A DNA stretch of 64,000 nt. Source: Octopus sinensis (Eukaryota). The first letter of the stretch is position 1. The number at the start of each line of letters is the position of its first letter. Below the pieces are notes generated by a model. It was given only the letters and a program-made list of their open reading frames with translations, had not been told where the DNA came from and searched no databases. Shown here in pieces: positions 1 through 13,200 of this stretch. The stretch covers positions 74,958,001 to 75,022,000 of the forward strand of contig NC_043008.1 in NCBI RefSeq assembly GCF_006345805.1, written 5' to 3'. Both the position numbers and the translations under genes were made by a program.

Positions 1-756
1 CTAAAAGTCTTCAAGGTGGTGCCCCAGCATGGCCTCAGTCTAATGAGTGAAATGAAAAAAAAAAGATAAAGAAAACATTGACAAAAGTATATTGTAACTT
101 AAGTGTGCTTTAGCTGCTCTTTCTAGCAGGTCAAGCAACAACACAGAGACTACCTGTTGTGTGTGTGTTGTGGAGAGTATGTTATTGTTGTTACTATTTG
201 AATAGTGATTCATGTAACTGTTATTGTTGTTCCTGTTGTAATTGTTATAATTGTTGTTGGCTGTTAGTCAGATAGTTGAAATACTTTGTAAGTATTAAGT
301 TGGAAGAAATAGATCTTAAAAGGTGTTTGCGATGATGATGATGATGAATCATTTGTAACACTTGAGTAAGTCTTAATTAACTGTGCTAATTATATTCTCT
401 GTGGCAGCAGTAGTGCTGCTGTTGGTGATGTGGATACAGGTTTTAGTGAGGGTTTGGTGGCGGTGTAGGTTAAGGTTATTGTTGACATTATAAATGGAAT
501 GCGTAAATTCTATGTCACTGTCAGTTCTCACTTTATTCAATACAATTACCAGAGATGTATCTGTGTATATATATTATCACGTTCTTTCCTGTATTACATG
601 TGGTTGCTTTATTCTACTCAGCCAACACATAATATACACATACATACTTACACACACACACACATATATTGTTACCATCATATCGTGTCTGTTGTAAGGA
701 AATATGTCTTCTTCCATACAACATAGTCCTGCTTTCTGCTGTTTGTCTATGCTTGG

Positions 757-792
<36 letters not shown>

Positions 793-999
793 GCCTGTCT
801 ATCTGTATGTCTGTCTATATGTATTATATATGAGAGTATGCATGTGTGTCCATGGTCAAATGTATGTTTAAGTGTTTGTGAACCAAGGTTCATATCTTGT
901 TTGGGATTTCCCACTTAATTATACACATATACAACTTTAAATATATTGATATGACTAGATGTCAGTATGAGTGTATGCATGTATGTCTTTGGTATGATT

Positions 1000-3450
1000 T
1001 TAAACTGCATCCAGTAATGGGGTACTGGTTCATGAGCCTCGGGGTTTGAGGGCTGTGGGAATCACCTCTTAGCCAATATTACAGATCATTTCTGACCCAG
1101 ATTAGTCGCACCTGTCAGGGTCCCAGCTTTAGGTTAAGTAGCATGTGTTGTGACAATCTATCTGAGCATGGGTATGCAGAAATACCTCTGGTTGGTATCA
1201 GGGTGTGCAGTAAAAATATCAGGAGTGAGATTCCCCTTGCTGTTCTCACAGCATCCTTCACGAGAGGGTTACTATGATGTAAAACCTTCAGTTTCATGTG
1301 ATTACTGGTCATCTCATTTTGACCTGTCTCCAAGTACTAATTACAGAGGGCTCAGAAAGTGGTATTTGTGTTGTGCAAGCATTTATCACTGTAATCTAAT
1401 GATGTACAGGTGTCTCTTTATGGTGACCTCCTTTGTCAGTTATTCAAAACCCTTTGGCAATGGGAGACTGGCAATGTGTGCAGATGTAACCAACTGGAAG
1501 TGCTCAGTAAATTTCAACTTTTGTCTGTTGCCTCTGCTTCAAGACATGCAGATCTGCAGTGAGACTGAATTGTCATCTGATGAGATATGGATGGAAAACC
1601 AGAAACACTGTTGACAATGAGAAAGCACATGAAGATTGTAATTATCTGTGTAAATGCAGCAATCACCACCCGTGGATTTGTGTATGGCTGTATGTGTATG
1701 CAGGCATAGTTGTGGTTAGGAAGTATGCTTTCCAGTTCAGTGCACTGCATGGTAGCTTAGGCAAGTCCCAAGCTGAATTATATATTTCTGAATCAACCAA
1801 AGACTTGTGAGTGCATTTGGTACTTGGAAAGTGAAAGAAGCTGTCGTGTGTGTGTGTGTGTATACATATTTATTATTAGTGAAGTCCTGTTTATAGGGTT
1901 ACCCTGGGTTTCTCGCCATAAAGTGTATCTTTATGGCATATCATCAGACCCTAAGACTTGTTGGCTTATGGCCTCTTTAAAGTATGGAGGGGGAAACGAA
2001 CCAGATATAAACAATGGGGATTATTTCCCTCTTCTGGTGGTCATCAGCTGGTCATTGGCTTCTGGATATGTTGTCTTCTTTCAGCTACACCATCTGTCGG
2101 CTGTGAGGGTAATCAGCAATCAATTTCCAGCTTTAGTGTGAATATTATCACAATAATACTGCTATTATTGTTATTATGTGGTTCCCAAAATGCTAATAGG
2201 AATTTCTTGAAATGTAAGTATGGCCCCAAAATCTCTGTTCTGGAGTTTAGTATGTTCCCTGGTATGTGTGAGTTTTCAAGATTCCCATGCGTTTGGTTAT
2301 GCATACCCTTTTTCGTTTCATTTATGTATGGACCTGGACTGTGCAGGATTTTCTGTGTTATCAAGTATGGAAGTCTGTCTTCCTTCAGTGGCCAGATATC
2401 TCCTTTCCTGGACCCTAAAGGAGAGCCTATGGCTGGAGAGACGTTTCTTGAAGGAAGTTCCCATGCATCCAATGTGTTTCCTTGGATGTGCGGAGTCAGT
2501 GCCATGTCTACTATTGCTGATGTTGTTGCTGGTGTCAGTGTTGCTGTTGCTGCTGCTGCCAGCAATGGTGTTGATTCTGAGAGTGCTGACACTGGGGCTG
2601 TTCGTGGTGGTTGTGTCAATAGTGTTACTGCTTCTGCATGTGTTGCTGGTGGTACATGTGCTGGTATTGTTAAACTTGTGGATGCTAGTAGTACTGCTAT
2701 TGTTGCTACTGCTGCTGCTGCTGTTGCTGCTATTGTTGCTGCTGTGGATGATGTTGCTGCTGCTGTTGTTGTTGCTAGTGCTGGCGATGATGATGTTGCT
2801 GGAGTCGATGGTGTTGGTACTGCTGTTGTTATTGCTGATGTTTACTTCGACATTGATGATGCTGGGATCATTGGTGTTGGTAGAAGCAGAGGTAGTGGTG
2901 TCATTGGTAGTGTTATTACTGGATGTGCAGGGGCCACTGTCAATGTTACCGCTGTAGTTGAAGGTGTCACAATATTTGATATTATCATTATTATTGCTGT
3001 CTTCCCCAGTGGTGGAGATGCCATCCTTGTTGACAGGGTTACCATTATTCACATCTATGCCAGTGCGTCTATTAAGGGTGCTGCTGCTGCTGCTGTTGTT
3101 GTTGCAGCCAATATAATTTGGTCTGTCACTGCTGGAATGAGAGCTGCCAGTGAGCATGTTGTCCTGTCTGCTATTGGTAAGGTTGGTGTTGGAGGTGACG
3201 TCACTGTGATCGATGTTAGTGATGGTGGTGGTGCCATCAGGTTTATGGTGAGCACTGTTGCTGTTGCTGTTTTCAGTAAGGCTGTTCGCTGTGGTTGCAG
3301 TGATGTTGGCTCTGCCTTTGTGTCTGTGACTGCTATGGCTGTTATGGTTCTTGCTGGTGGAATTGGCCAGGCTTGCCTGTACCTCAATCTGATAGACGAT
3401 GCCTTTGGTTTCTACTGGGCAACTGTTGTGGATCCTGCATGAGCAACCTG
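1000..3450 (-). pseudogene. Decayed Thr/Ala/Pro/Ser-rich ORF with possible degenerate zinc-finger remnants; probably the 5' part of a non-LTR retrotransposon, alternatively a dead mucin-like exon
   Basis: ORFs 3055-3387, 2842-3045 and 2113-2619 share one minus frame with strong NCA codon bias, broken by three stops. Weak zinc-finger-like Cys/His remnants lie downstream in shifting frames. Confidence 0.4.
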
Positions 3451-4877
3451 CCTCTTCCCATTGCTTAGTAGTGTTAACTAAGATACTCTTAATGTTAGGG
3501 CACAGCTAAACAAGACCCTAAGGTTGTGCCTGTTGAAAATGGGGATGTACCTATGGGTGTTATAGTGTTAATGGAGAAGGGATGGTGGGGGGCAAACCAA
3601 ATTGTATATATATACATATATATATGTGTGTGTGTGGAAAGAAGTGTATTCCCATGACCAAGAAAATTTTGTCAAGCAAACACTTAGATCAATACCCCAC
3701 AGACATAAATCTGAAATACCAGATTTTTCCCTCTCTGTCAATGCACATGAAACACTTCAACCCAATTCCAATTTAATAGGGAATGCATGCTCATTCAAAA
3801 ATACAAACCACCACTAAATATCCTATAATAACACACCAGAAAAAGGAAATCCTGTTTTACTACAGAGATCGACCAGAGTCAAGAGATATAATTTGAAAAG
3901 TTTAAGTAACAACCTACCCTCAGATATTTGAAACCCCAACTTCAAATCACTATACAATAATACCATACACCTTCTCAAACACCAGTTGCTGACATCACCT
4001 CAGACAAATCCCAATGAAATTTTACACTGGTGAGAACTGGACTCTCGGAAAAAAAAACAAGTAGTGACTTTTTAATTGAACCAACTAACTGGAACCCTAG
4101 ATGACCATCAGGCAAAAACAAATTACCGAATACCTACCAGGAAGTCAACCAAGCAGAACACTGAACTTTGCTAAAACAAAAATATTACTGATCAGAATAA
4201 AGTGACATCATGAAACCTGCAACCAATCGGAACTTGTTCTTTGACTGAGATGAACAAGGAATGGATGTCATCAGGAAGCCAACCAACCAAAACACTAGAT
4301 CTTGCCAAAATAAAAATATTTTGACCAAGATGTCATCAAAATTATAACCAATCAAACTCTTAATCCTTTTCTGCAAAAATATACATATACTAAAAGATTC
4401 GAACTTAAAGCACTTTGAACTCCAACAAGCAGTGGTGAAGAGACCAGTTCACTGAGACTGAAATTGCAAAAAGAACTACATGCGCCACAACAGAATTTGT
4501 AAACAGAACTTTTTTTCTTTCTCCCTTTTTCTCTTTCTTCTCCACTTTTTTAAAAAATAAAAACTCAATTTGACTGAACTTTCAGTAATGGACATTCGTT
4601 ATGGTCTTCACTGAAAATTTGCACTTATATTACCAGCCATCCCTGTGAAAGTCATTAAAATTTCTATGAACTTCTGAACATTAAAACCTGTTTGACCAAT
4701 TTTTACTTTGTAACTTTAAACACTCTCAAACACTTTATTTATATATTTGTACCACTGATAAGCAAAAAAAGATGTCGAAACTAGTTTGGTATATGAATAA
4801 ATCTTTTACAAAATTTTAAAATGTCTGCATGGTTTTAGATTCAGGTGTATTTTCAGACCCCAAAACAAATTCTCCTT

Positions 4878-4966
<89 letters not shown>

Positions 4967-4968
<2 letters not shown>

Positions 4969-5288
4969 TTTGCTTTCCTTTTCTTTCTATATGCCACCCT
5001 AAAAACATCGCCATTCCCGCCCGTTTCTCTAAAGTTCAACCTTCGCATATTCCCTTTAATTCGATCTCCACCATTCACTATCATTTCTTCCCCTGACTTA
5101 CAGCGATGTCCATAAGCAAGCTAAGATTTTCTCCCTTCTTGTTCATACATACATACATTTGTCTACCGTTTAAATGTTTTGAACTTATAACCACCAATCT
5201 GCTTTGCTTTCCTTTTCTTTCTATATGCCACCCTAAAAACATCGCCATTCCCGCCCGTTTCTCTAAAGTTCAACCTTCGCATATTCCC
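4967..5288 (+). repeat. Identical 88-bp direct repeat (4967-5054 and 5201-5288)
   Basis: gctttgctttcc...cttcgcatattccc occurs twice with no mismatch. Confidence 0.9.
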
Positions 5289-5529
5289 GATGCACCCGCC
5301 CTTGCCCACCCCCACCACCAATACCGGATATCTCTATATTTTTGTTCCATCTATACCGGATGTCGCTTCTCCCACCACCATTATAGGTGTCTACTCTTCG
5401 AACCCCCCTCTTCAACACGCTATTTCACCATGCATTACCCCTCTCTTGATATCCTACGTTCTACTTGCCTAGAACCTGTCATCATTTCTCTGAACCACCC
5501 CTCCCCACTGGTGCTCCCCTATATATTTC

Positions 5530-5782
5530 TGCACCTCCCCCCACATAAAAAGCACCATCCGAACGTGGCCGATGCCAGACCCCTCTGGCACCTGTGCAGG
5601 TGGCACGTAAAAAACACCCACTACACTCGCGGAGTGGTTGGTGTTAGGAAGGGCATCCAGCTGTAGAAACACTGCCAGACTAGACTGGAGCCTGGGGCAG
5701 TCCCTAGCTCCCCAGACCCCGGTCGAAACCGTCCAACCCGTGCTAGCACGGAAAACGGACGTTAAACGATGATGATGATGAT
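5530..5782 (+). mobile_element. RTE LINE 3' tail (or RTE-tailed SINE) ending in (GAT)n
   Basis: Reverse complement of the 3' UTR of the RTE at 52897-53100: gtaaaaaacacccactacac...aacggacgttaaacgatgatgatg. Confidence 0.8.
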
Positions 5783-5798
5783 ATATATATATATACAC

Positions 5799-5969
5799 AT
5801 AGGTGCAGGCATGGCTTTGTGGTAAGAAGTTTGATTCCCAACCTCATGGTTTCGGGTTCAGTTCCACTGCATAGCACCTTGGACAGGCGTTTTCTGCTAT
5901 AGCCTCAGGCCAACCAAAGCCTTGTGAGTGGATTTGGTAAACAGAAGCTGAAAGAATCCCATCATATAG

Positions 5970-6005
<36 letters not shown>

Positions 6006-6205
6006 ATCTTTGTGTCTGTGCCTGTCCTGATGTTGGTGTGTTTACATCCCTGTAATTTAGCAGTTCGAAAAAGAGACCAACAGAATAAGTACTAGGCTTA
6101 CAAAGAATAAGTCCTGGGGTCAATTTGTTCAACTAAAAACCTTTCAGGGTGGTGCTCCATCATAGCCACAGTCAAATGACTGAAATAAGTAAAAGACTGA
6201 AAGAG
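5799..6205 (+). mobile_element. tRNA-derived SINE, family A (internal TA/TG microsatellite)
   Basis: A-box/B-box head (tggctttgtggtaag...ggttcagttcc), body gccttgtgagtggatttggta, tail tgactgaaataagtaaaag shared with other copies. Confidence 0.85.
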
Positions 6206-7200
6206 TATATATTACAATATTTTCTATTGTCAGTATCTAGTGAAAGCTTATAAATATATTTACAAGATCTTTACTCATTTCCATTTCTTATGCAGCATAT
6301 GCATGTTTGCAAACTTATGTTATGAACTCATATTTCCTAAATTTAATATAAAAAAAAATAGATGGGTATGTTGGTGTAATTGGTCAGCATGCATCACAAA
6401 AGTAAGAGGTGTGGGTTTGATTCCTACTTGTACTAATGCTCACTTTTTTTCCATCAGGAGTTTATATGCTCAAATATCAGATTAGTTTCTATATATACAC
6501 TGAAAACTTATATGTAGTGTACTGTTCTGTTATTAGTCAGCTCAGCGAAAAAAAAGTACTTCCCCCATTGAGAAATACGTATTATCTAATATACACCAGA
6601 GTTAAATAAAGTCTTGTGCATTGATAGTCTCATTGTTGGAGAAGCTTGTACAATTTGTAATGTACTATCATGCAATCTTTCATGCTCGAAATAGAACATG
6701 GCTGGTCTCTGAGAGAAAAAAAAGAAAATAAGTAAAAATAGAAATTGAAGAAAAAAATTAGGCCAAGGGCATGTTAGAATGGGAATTTAAAATGGTTGAT
6801 GTGGTTAATTCGATGGGAAAAAAGGTGGAGAGGGTGATGTTCTCCAGTTAGATGATAGAAACATATTGAGAAGCTTGCATTTACTGAACATTTTGGATCT
6901 AGAATTCAATAGGTCAGTGGAGTTCTTCAATTTAAAAAGAATATGAGTTCATCAGGCTTCACAAAGCTTGCACTACCTTGACCCATTAACCATTTCAATA
7001 CCATATTTCTGCTGCTATATATTGCTTTTGTTTTAGTTAATTTTGAAAATAATGAAGAATTTATTAAAATAATTGTGTGAATATTAAGCTGGTGTCTGGA
7101 ACATAAAATAACATGAAATTTTAAGGAAAGTTTTAATATTGATCACTTTAAAACAGAAAGTTTGTTATTATAACCAGCACTGGTTTTGTAACATTTTGAG

Positions 7201-7796
7201 TCTGTGATATTAGATGTAAACAAACAATGAGATCAAAGATGAAAAAAATGGGTGATGGGGGCATATATACCATATTTTGGGAGTTTTTGCTCTTTCATCT
7301 GCACTCATCCAACCCATTAATACATTGCTTAAATAGCCACTAAATATAGCGGTGTACCATTTTCCCATATACCAATTTTACATATTAAACACATTATGGA
7401 AGCTTGTACGTAAACATTAGTGACTTGTAGGCACTTGGTATTTTGATATATAACCGTAATATACTATAAGATTTATTAAACATTTTTATAATTCAGTATT
7501 GTGTGCTGTTGTGTTAGCAGTGCACTTAAATCACGTGTTAAGGTCAGCTCTACACATTGTCTATAGGAATTATAGGCAGCACCGATTTTGTTACAGGAAT
7601 GTGTTTAATATATAAATTGGTACATCCAATAGCCTTACACCGCTATGTGTTGTGACTATATAAGCAATAAATTTGTAGATTATTATTGATATGGATGGGC
7701 TCTGATAAAGAAGCAAAAACTCCTGAAATCTGGCATATATGCCCATTACCCATTATTTTCATCTTTGATCTCATTGTTTACATCTGCTATCTCAGA
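7201..7796. mobile_element. Fold-back/MITE-like element with ~110-bp inverted arms and a nested inner inverted repeat
   Basis: 7201-7311 is an imperfect reverse complement of 7691-7796; inner pair 7370-7395 / 7598-7621. Confidence 0.75.
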
Positions 7797-7959
7797 TATG
7801 AAACGTAAAAAAATTCAGTGCTGGCTATTTCTATAGAAAATCTGTAGAGATGATCTTAACTCATGATTTTTGTGCATTGCTACCACAGTAGTATACTGTT
7901 TGACTTTTAAAAACATTTAATATACTTTGCAGCATATTGTAATAGTATAATGAAATAAT

Positions 7960-8538
7960 GTGTACCTACAAGTCATTAAGAAAGTTTTCTACCCAAAAGT
8001 AGAAAAGCGCAGGAAAGTATACTTCCACAAGGAGGGAAACAGATATAAAACCAGGCCTACAAGTAAAGTATACGTGATAGATGGAAGATGGAAGGGATAC
8101 TGGGAGGTGGCCACAGACTTGGAAAGACAAGTAATATTTCCACTAATAAAAACAACAAAAAGACCAGATTTAGTCCTATGGAACAGAGACCGGAGAATAG
8201 GAATTTTACTAGAACTGACAGTACCTTGAGAAGAGAACATCGGCAATGCAGAGGAACGAAAGGAGAAGAGGTACGAAAAGCTAATCGAAGAATGCAGAGA
8301 ACAGGGATGGAATGTCGAATATTATCACCTGGCAGTGGGAGCTAGAGGCTTCATTGAAAGGAAAATGTCAACGCTTTTCAAAAGAAGATTTGTTTTTTCT
8401 AGCTCTGAGCTGTGAAAACTAATAAGGAGAGTACAGGAGGCGGTCGAAAAAACCAGCTTTTATATATGGCTGAAGCGGGAAGAGCAAAAATATCTTGAAA
8501 GTCATAACATGCCGGTGGGAAATAACATCATTAGGTGA
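7960..8538 (+). mobile_element. 5'-truncated RLE-type non-LTR retrotransposon (HERO-like), restriction-like endonuclease C-terminus
   Basis: One frame reads KRPDLVLWNRDRRIGILLELTVP*EENIGNAEERKEKRYEKLIEECREQGWNVEYYHLAVGARGF: the PD..E..K RLE motif with W-to-stop at 8227. Confidence 0.85.
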
Positions 8539-9536
8539 GACAAGCTGACACTGAATCAGCTTCACTGACTGACAGGTGACGGTCGTTTAGAGAATGTGCT
8601 GGCTAAAACTATGCGCCTTCACTAGTCAGTTAAGGTGAGACAGTGTTACGTGACAACTTGCTGGGGCTGCCTGCTGGAGACTAGCGACAGGTATTTAAAG
8701 GGAAAAATTTGCAAGTCAGTCAGTCACAGTCTGACACTCGCTGACGATACATCGAAGAGGCCAGGGAACAGAAGAAAGAAGAGATGCACCCAACACCAGA
8801 GCTGAAGACACCTCCAAAAGGAAGGGCCCCGCCACGTCAAAATGATAGAGGGGTAGGAGCCGAAACCAGACATGGTTCCTCATGATGTCTTGAGCTAACT
8901 GGATCCTATAAAGGAGCTGTTGTGGTAGCAGACCACGAAACACGGTTGTAATTCCCCAGGGTGGTCTCAGGTGGGTTAGTATCCAGTAAGTTAATGTTTG
9001 GTGTAGATTTTTTTACGATGCTCTTCTTGATGGTGTGCAGGGTATTGTTGGCTTTCATGTCCTAGATATGGCTAACTTAGTAGTTTTCTTCTCCTGTGTC
9101 CTGACCAGACTTTTTACTTCTTATATAAGAGGGGAAAAAAAAATAAGGATACTAATGTGACTCACCCTAAAGTCTTTTAATTCTGTTGCCCTAATGAGAC
9201 TCATCCTATATAAACTATGGAATTAGCTACAGAGATTTTTAAGAAGACAGTCAGGATAAACACATGGTACAAACAGACAAGTTTCATTGAAAAAAAATGC
9301 CAGTAAAAACTACACTGAATGCAGAATTAGCCCATAGATGTGCTTGAGTGTGTGTGTGTAAAAATAAAAGAAAGAATAAAGGAATATTGCTGTGGGGAGT
9401 GTAGTTTCACACATTTTGGACAGAGTCCTTCTTCAGGGATGAGATGACAGGAAAGAAAAGAAAAGCAAAAAGACAGAAAATCATTACATTTCTTTTTATT
9501 TGACTGACTAGCAGCAGCTGATAGGAAAAAGAAAAG

Positions 9537-9539
<3 letters not shown>

Positions 9540-9608
<69 letters not shown>
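9540..9608. repeat. (GA)n microsatellite
   Basis: Perfect AG dinucleotide run. Confidence 0.95.
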
Positions 9609-9609
<1 letters not shown>

Positions 9610-9712
9610 ATGTATAAACTGGCAGCAGTGGGAGAGAGAGGAAGAGGAAAGAAAAATTTATGTATGTATGTGTGTATACACACTCACACACACACATATG
9701 CAAATATATGTT

Positions 9713-9772
<60 letters not shown>

Positions 9773-10414
9773 CATACATGTGCACATCTTTATATAATAT
9801 ATGTGTGGGTATGGGTGTATTTGTATGGGTGTCTATATATACATGCACATGTATGTATGCATACACATACATACAGACGTTTATACACACATATGCATTC
9901 ATTCAAACTCACACACAAAATCAATAACAACCTATGTCAACTTCCAAGTACTTAGCTTTTGTTTTGATTCTTCACAACTTACTACTATTACTACTACTAC
10001 TACTACTGATAGTAATTATAATGATAATAATAACAACATTAACAACAATAACGACAAAGATAAACATTTTGAGATTTTCATGCTTGTTCAGATTTCCTCA
10101 TTATGTCAAAGATTCTTGAAATATTCAACTTGATGATGAAATAATGCCATCTTCTTGAAATAATCTACATTTCTTTCTCGTCTTTCTCCATTCTTTCTTA
10201 ATTAAATTGAAGTCTTTGTATCAATTAGTTGTGTTGTATATATATATATATGTATATATATACACACACACACATGCATACATACGTGTGTGTCTACACA
10301 TTTGTATATTTCTTTGCAGTTTATATATTTCTTTTAAGAGGACATGAGTTGATGTTTAGGAGAATTGCCTGAGTTCTGGTTGAAACTCTTTGGAGTAGTA
10401 TATTATTGATATAG

Positions 10415-10430
10415 TTGTTATGTCTGCGTG

Positions 10431-10466
<36 letters not shown>

Positions 10467-10497
10467 TTTATATATATATATATATACACACACACAC

Positions 10498-10538
<41 letters not shown>

Positions 10539-10563
10539 ATATATACATACACACACACACATT

Positions 10564-10630
<67 letters not shown>

Positions 10631-10676
10631 GTAATATATATATAATATATATATGTATGTATGTGTATATATATAT

Positions 10677-10707
<31 letters not shown>

Positions 10708-10713
10708 TGTATG

Positions 10714-10750
<37 letters not shown>

Positions 10751-11012
10751 ATATATATATATAATATATATGTATGTATGTATATATATATTATATATAT
10801 ATATATTATGTATGTATATATATATATATATATAATGTATGTATGTGTATATATATGTATATATATATATATATATGTATGTATGTGTATATATATATAT
10901 TATATATATATATATGTATGTATGTATATATATATATAATATATATATGTATGTATATATAATATATATTATATGTATGTATGTATATATATATATATAT
11001 ATATATTGTATG

Positions 11013-11047
<35 letters not shown>

Positions 11048-11095
11048 ATATATATATATGTATGTATGTATATATATATATATATGTATGTATGT

Positions 11096-11154
<59 letters not shown>

Positions 11155-11210
11155 ATATATATTATATATATATATATATGTATGTATGTATATATATATA
11201 TGTATGTATG

Positions 11211-11241
<31 letters not shown>

Positions 11242-11290
11242 ATATATATATATATGTATGTATGTATATATATATATATATGTATGTATG

Positions 11291-11355
<65 letters not shown>

Positions 11356-11390
11356 GTATATATATATATATATGTATGTATACTTGCTGA
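10415..11390. repeat. ~1 kb compound (TA)n/(TATG)n microsatellite array
   Basis: Continuous TA runs punctuated by TGTATGTATG and, early on, CACACATT units. Confidence 0.95.
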
Positions 11391-12980
11391 GGAGCCCGTT
11401 GTTGCTGAGCAATTTTCACAATAGAATGCCTTCATTTAAATTCTTTTTTCATTCTATGTCAGACCATGTCTTTCCCAACAGACTGACCTCTTGATCAGGA
11501 TGGATTTTACCGTTATTTGGTGATCCCAGGTAAATTGGTATTACTGAACAGGGAAGGTGATTTAAGGTGATTTTAAAAAGGCTGGTATTATTGAACTGGG
11601 GTAGTGTTCTCAAGTGGGTTGGCACCACTGAACCAGGATCTGGAATCACAAAACCAGGGTTGGTCATCTGAGGTCAGTTTATGTTTTAGAGTAAAGAGTG
11701 ATCTCAAATAGTTTGGCTTCACAGAACAAAATGTGGTATGTATGTATAGAACATAACAGAGAACAGTATAAAGCTCGTCCACCTTCAGATTTCAGCCTGT
11801 GCTATCCAGTAGTAGTATTATATGTAATTCTAGGTTTATGCTTGGGCTTCTGTTGTGTGTGAATTGTTGATTACAATTTTTTCAATTATATATATATATA
11901 TATATCTATGTATGAGTGTGTGTATTTATGTACATGTGTATATCACCAAAAGGCTCCAAAAGATGTGTCCTGGACAAAAATGGATTTCATTTTCAAAATC
12001 TGATCCACAAAGAGAAGATTTTTGATTATTAGTAATCAAAAAATATAATCTGCTACAAGAAATAATGCAAATTGCAGATCGCAATATTGAATGTTTATAG
12101 AAGACATCTTAAACTCATGATTACCTGAGTGTGTGTGTTTGTATATGAGTGTGTCATGACTTATAACTGTCAGTGTCCCTCTGGCTTTTATGCTTTTCTC
12201 TTCTCTCTATATATTTATTACACTCTCTTTCACTCTTTCTTTGCATATATAAACATAATCCTCCATTTTTATGGTCCCCTGAAACACCCAAGCTTAGGAT
12301 GCACCGAATGCATTGACTAGATATCAGAACCTCCATTGCACAAATTCAGGAGATGATGTCCCATTTCAATCCAAACTACTTCAATTTCCAGTGAGTCTCT
12401 TTCTTGCCACGACCATCAACAAATTGCCATCAGTTACCATTTTACTGCTTGAAGAGTCCTGCTTCACTCATGGTCAGCAGGACTGGTTCTGTGATTCCAA
12501 TCCATCTGGGATCACCATTCCTGTTCTGTAATGCCAAACTACTTGAGATCACAACCCTTACTTCTGTAAGACCAGCCAACCTAAAATCACCACACCCCAG
12601 TTCTGTGATACAAACCCACCTGAGATCATTGCCATTGTAACCACCAACACTGGTTCTTTGATACCGACCTCCTTCAGATCACCACCCCTGGTTCCATGAC
12701 ACCAACTCACCTGAGATTCCCCACTCCTCAATTCTTTTATCCTTGTTGAAATTACAATTAGGGTCACCTTTACTGTTATTTGTTTGAGGTTGGGAAAATA
12801 TATAGCATTCACATACTAACAAGTAGTTTCATTGACAACAATGCATTGGTGTTAGTAATTTATGGCACATTGACCATTTTAATTAAGTGTTATTAGAAAT
12901 AAAAGGAAGCTCTTGCTTGGCCTAGCTAATTATCACACTTAATATCGTCATAACTTATTATTATTATTGTCGTTATTATT

Positions 12981-13200
12981 AGGGTGGCAAGCTGGCAGAA
13001 TCATTAACACACCAGGCAAAATGCTTAGCAGCATTTTGTCCGGCTTTATATTCTGAGAATTCTGCCAAGTTTGATTTTACGTTTCATCCTTTCAGGGTCA
13101 ATAAATTAAGTACCAGTGAAACATTGGGGTCAATGTAATTTTACTAGTCCCCTCCCCCAAAATTTCAGACCTTTAGTAGAAAGGATTATTATTATTATTA
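12981..13200 (+). mobile_element. tRNA-derived SINE, family B (conserved core ttcatcctttcggggtcgataaattaagtaccag)
   Basis: Head gctggcagaatcattaac...; core tttcatcctttcagggtcaataaattaagtaccagt; (ATT)n tail. Confidence 0.8.

Noticed and set aside
1958-3442. 494-aa + strand Val/Ala/Asp/Gly-rich ORF (and the overlapping Leu-rich and Ser/Asn-rich ORFs)
   Set aside because: Antisense or shifted shadows of an NCA-codon-biased minus frame; it starts at a non-ATG codon and has no domain features.
6365-6435. tRNA-like sequence (ggtgtaattggtcagc...ggtttgattcc); SINE heads at 14302, 41859 and 59484 likewise
   Set aside because: A/B boxes only; no complete cloverleaf with a paired acceptor stem; interpreted as SINE heads or a decayed pseudogene.
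8795-8910. CTGAAGA...GAAAC hammerhead-like spacing downstream of the HERO-like fragment
   Set aside because: Stems I and III cannot be formed with a properly placed NUH triplet.
9300-10400. Possible promoter or first non-coding exon near the (GA)n tract
   Set aside because: No diagnostic core-promoter or splice evidence; cannot be supported without transcript data.
10415-11494. Many Y/I/M/C/V/H/T-rich ORFs, also at 41.7-43.1 kb and 58.8-59.4 kb
   Set aside because: Translations of (TA)n/(TG)n microsatellites, which lack stop codons by composition.
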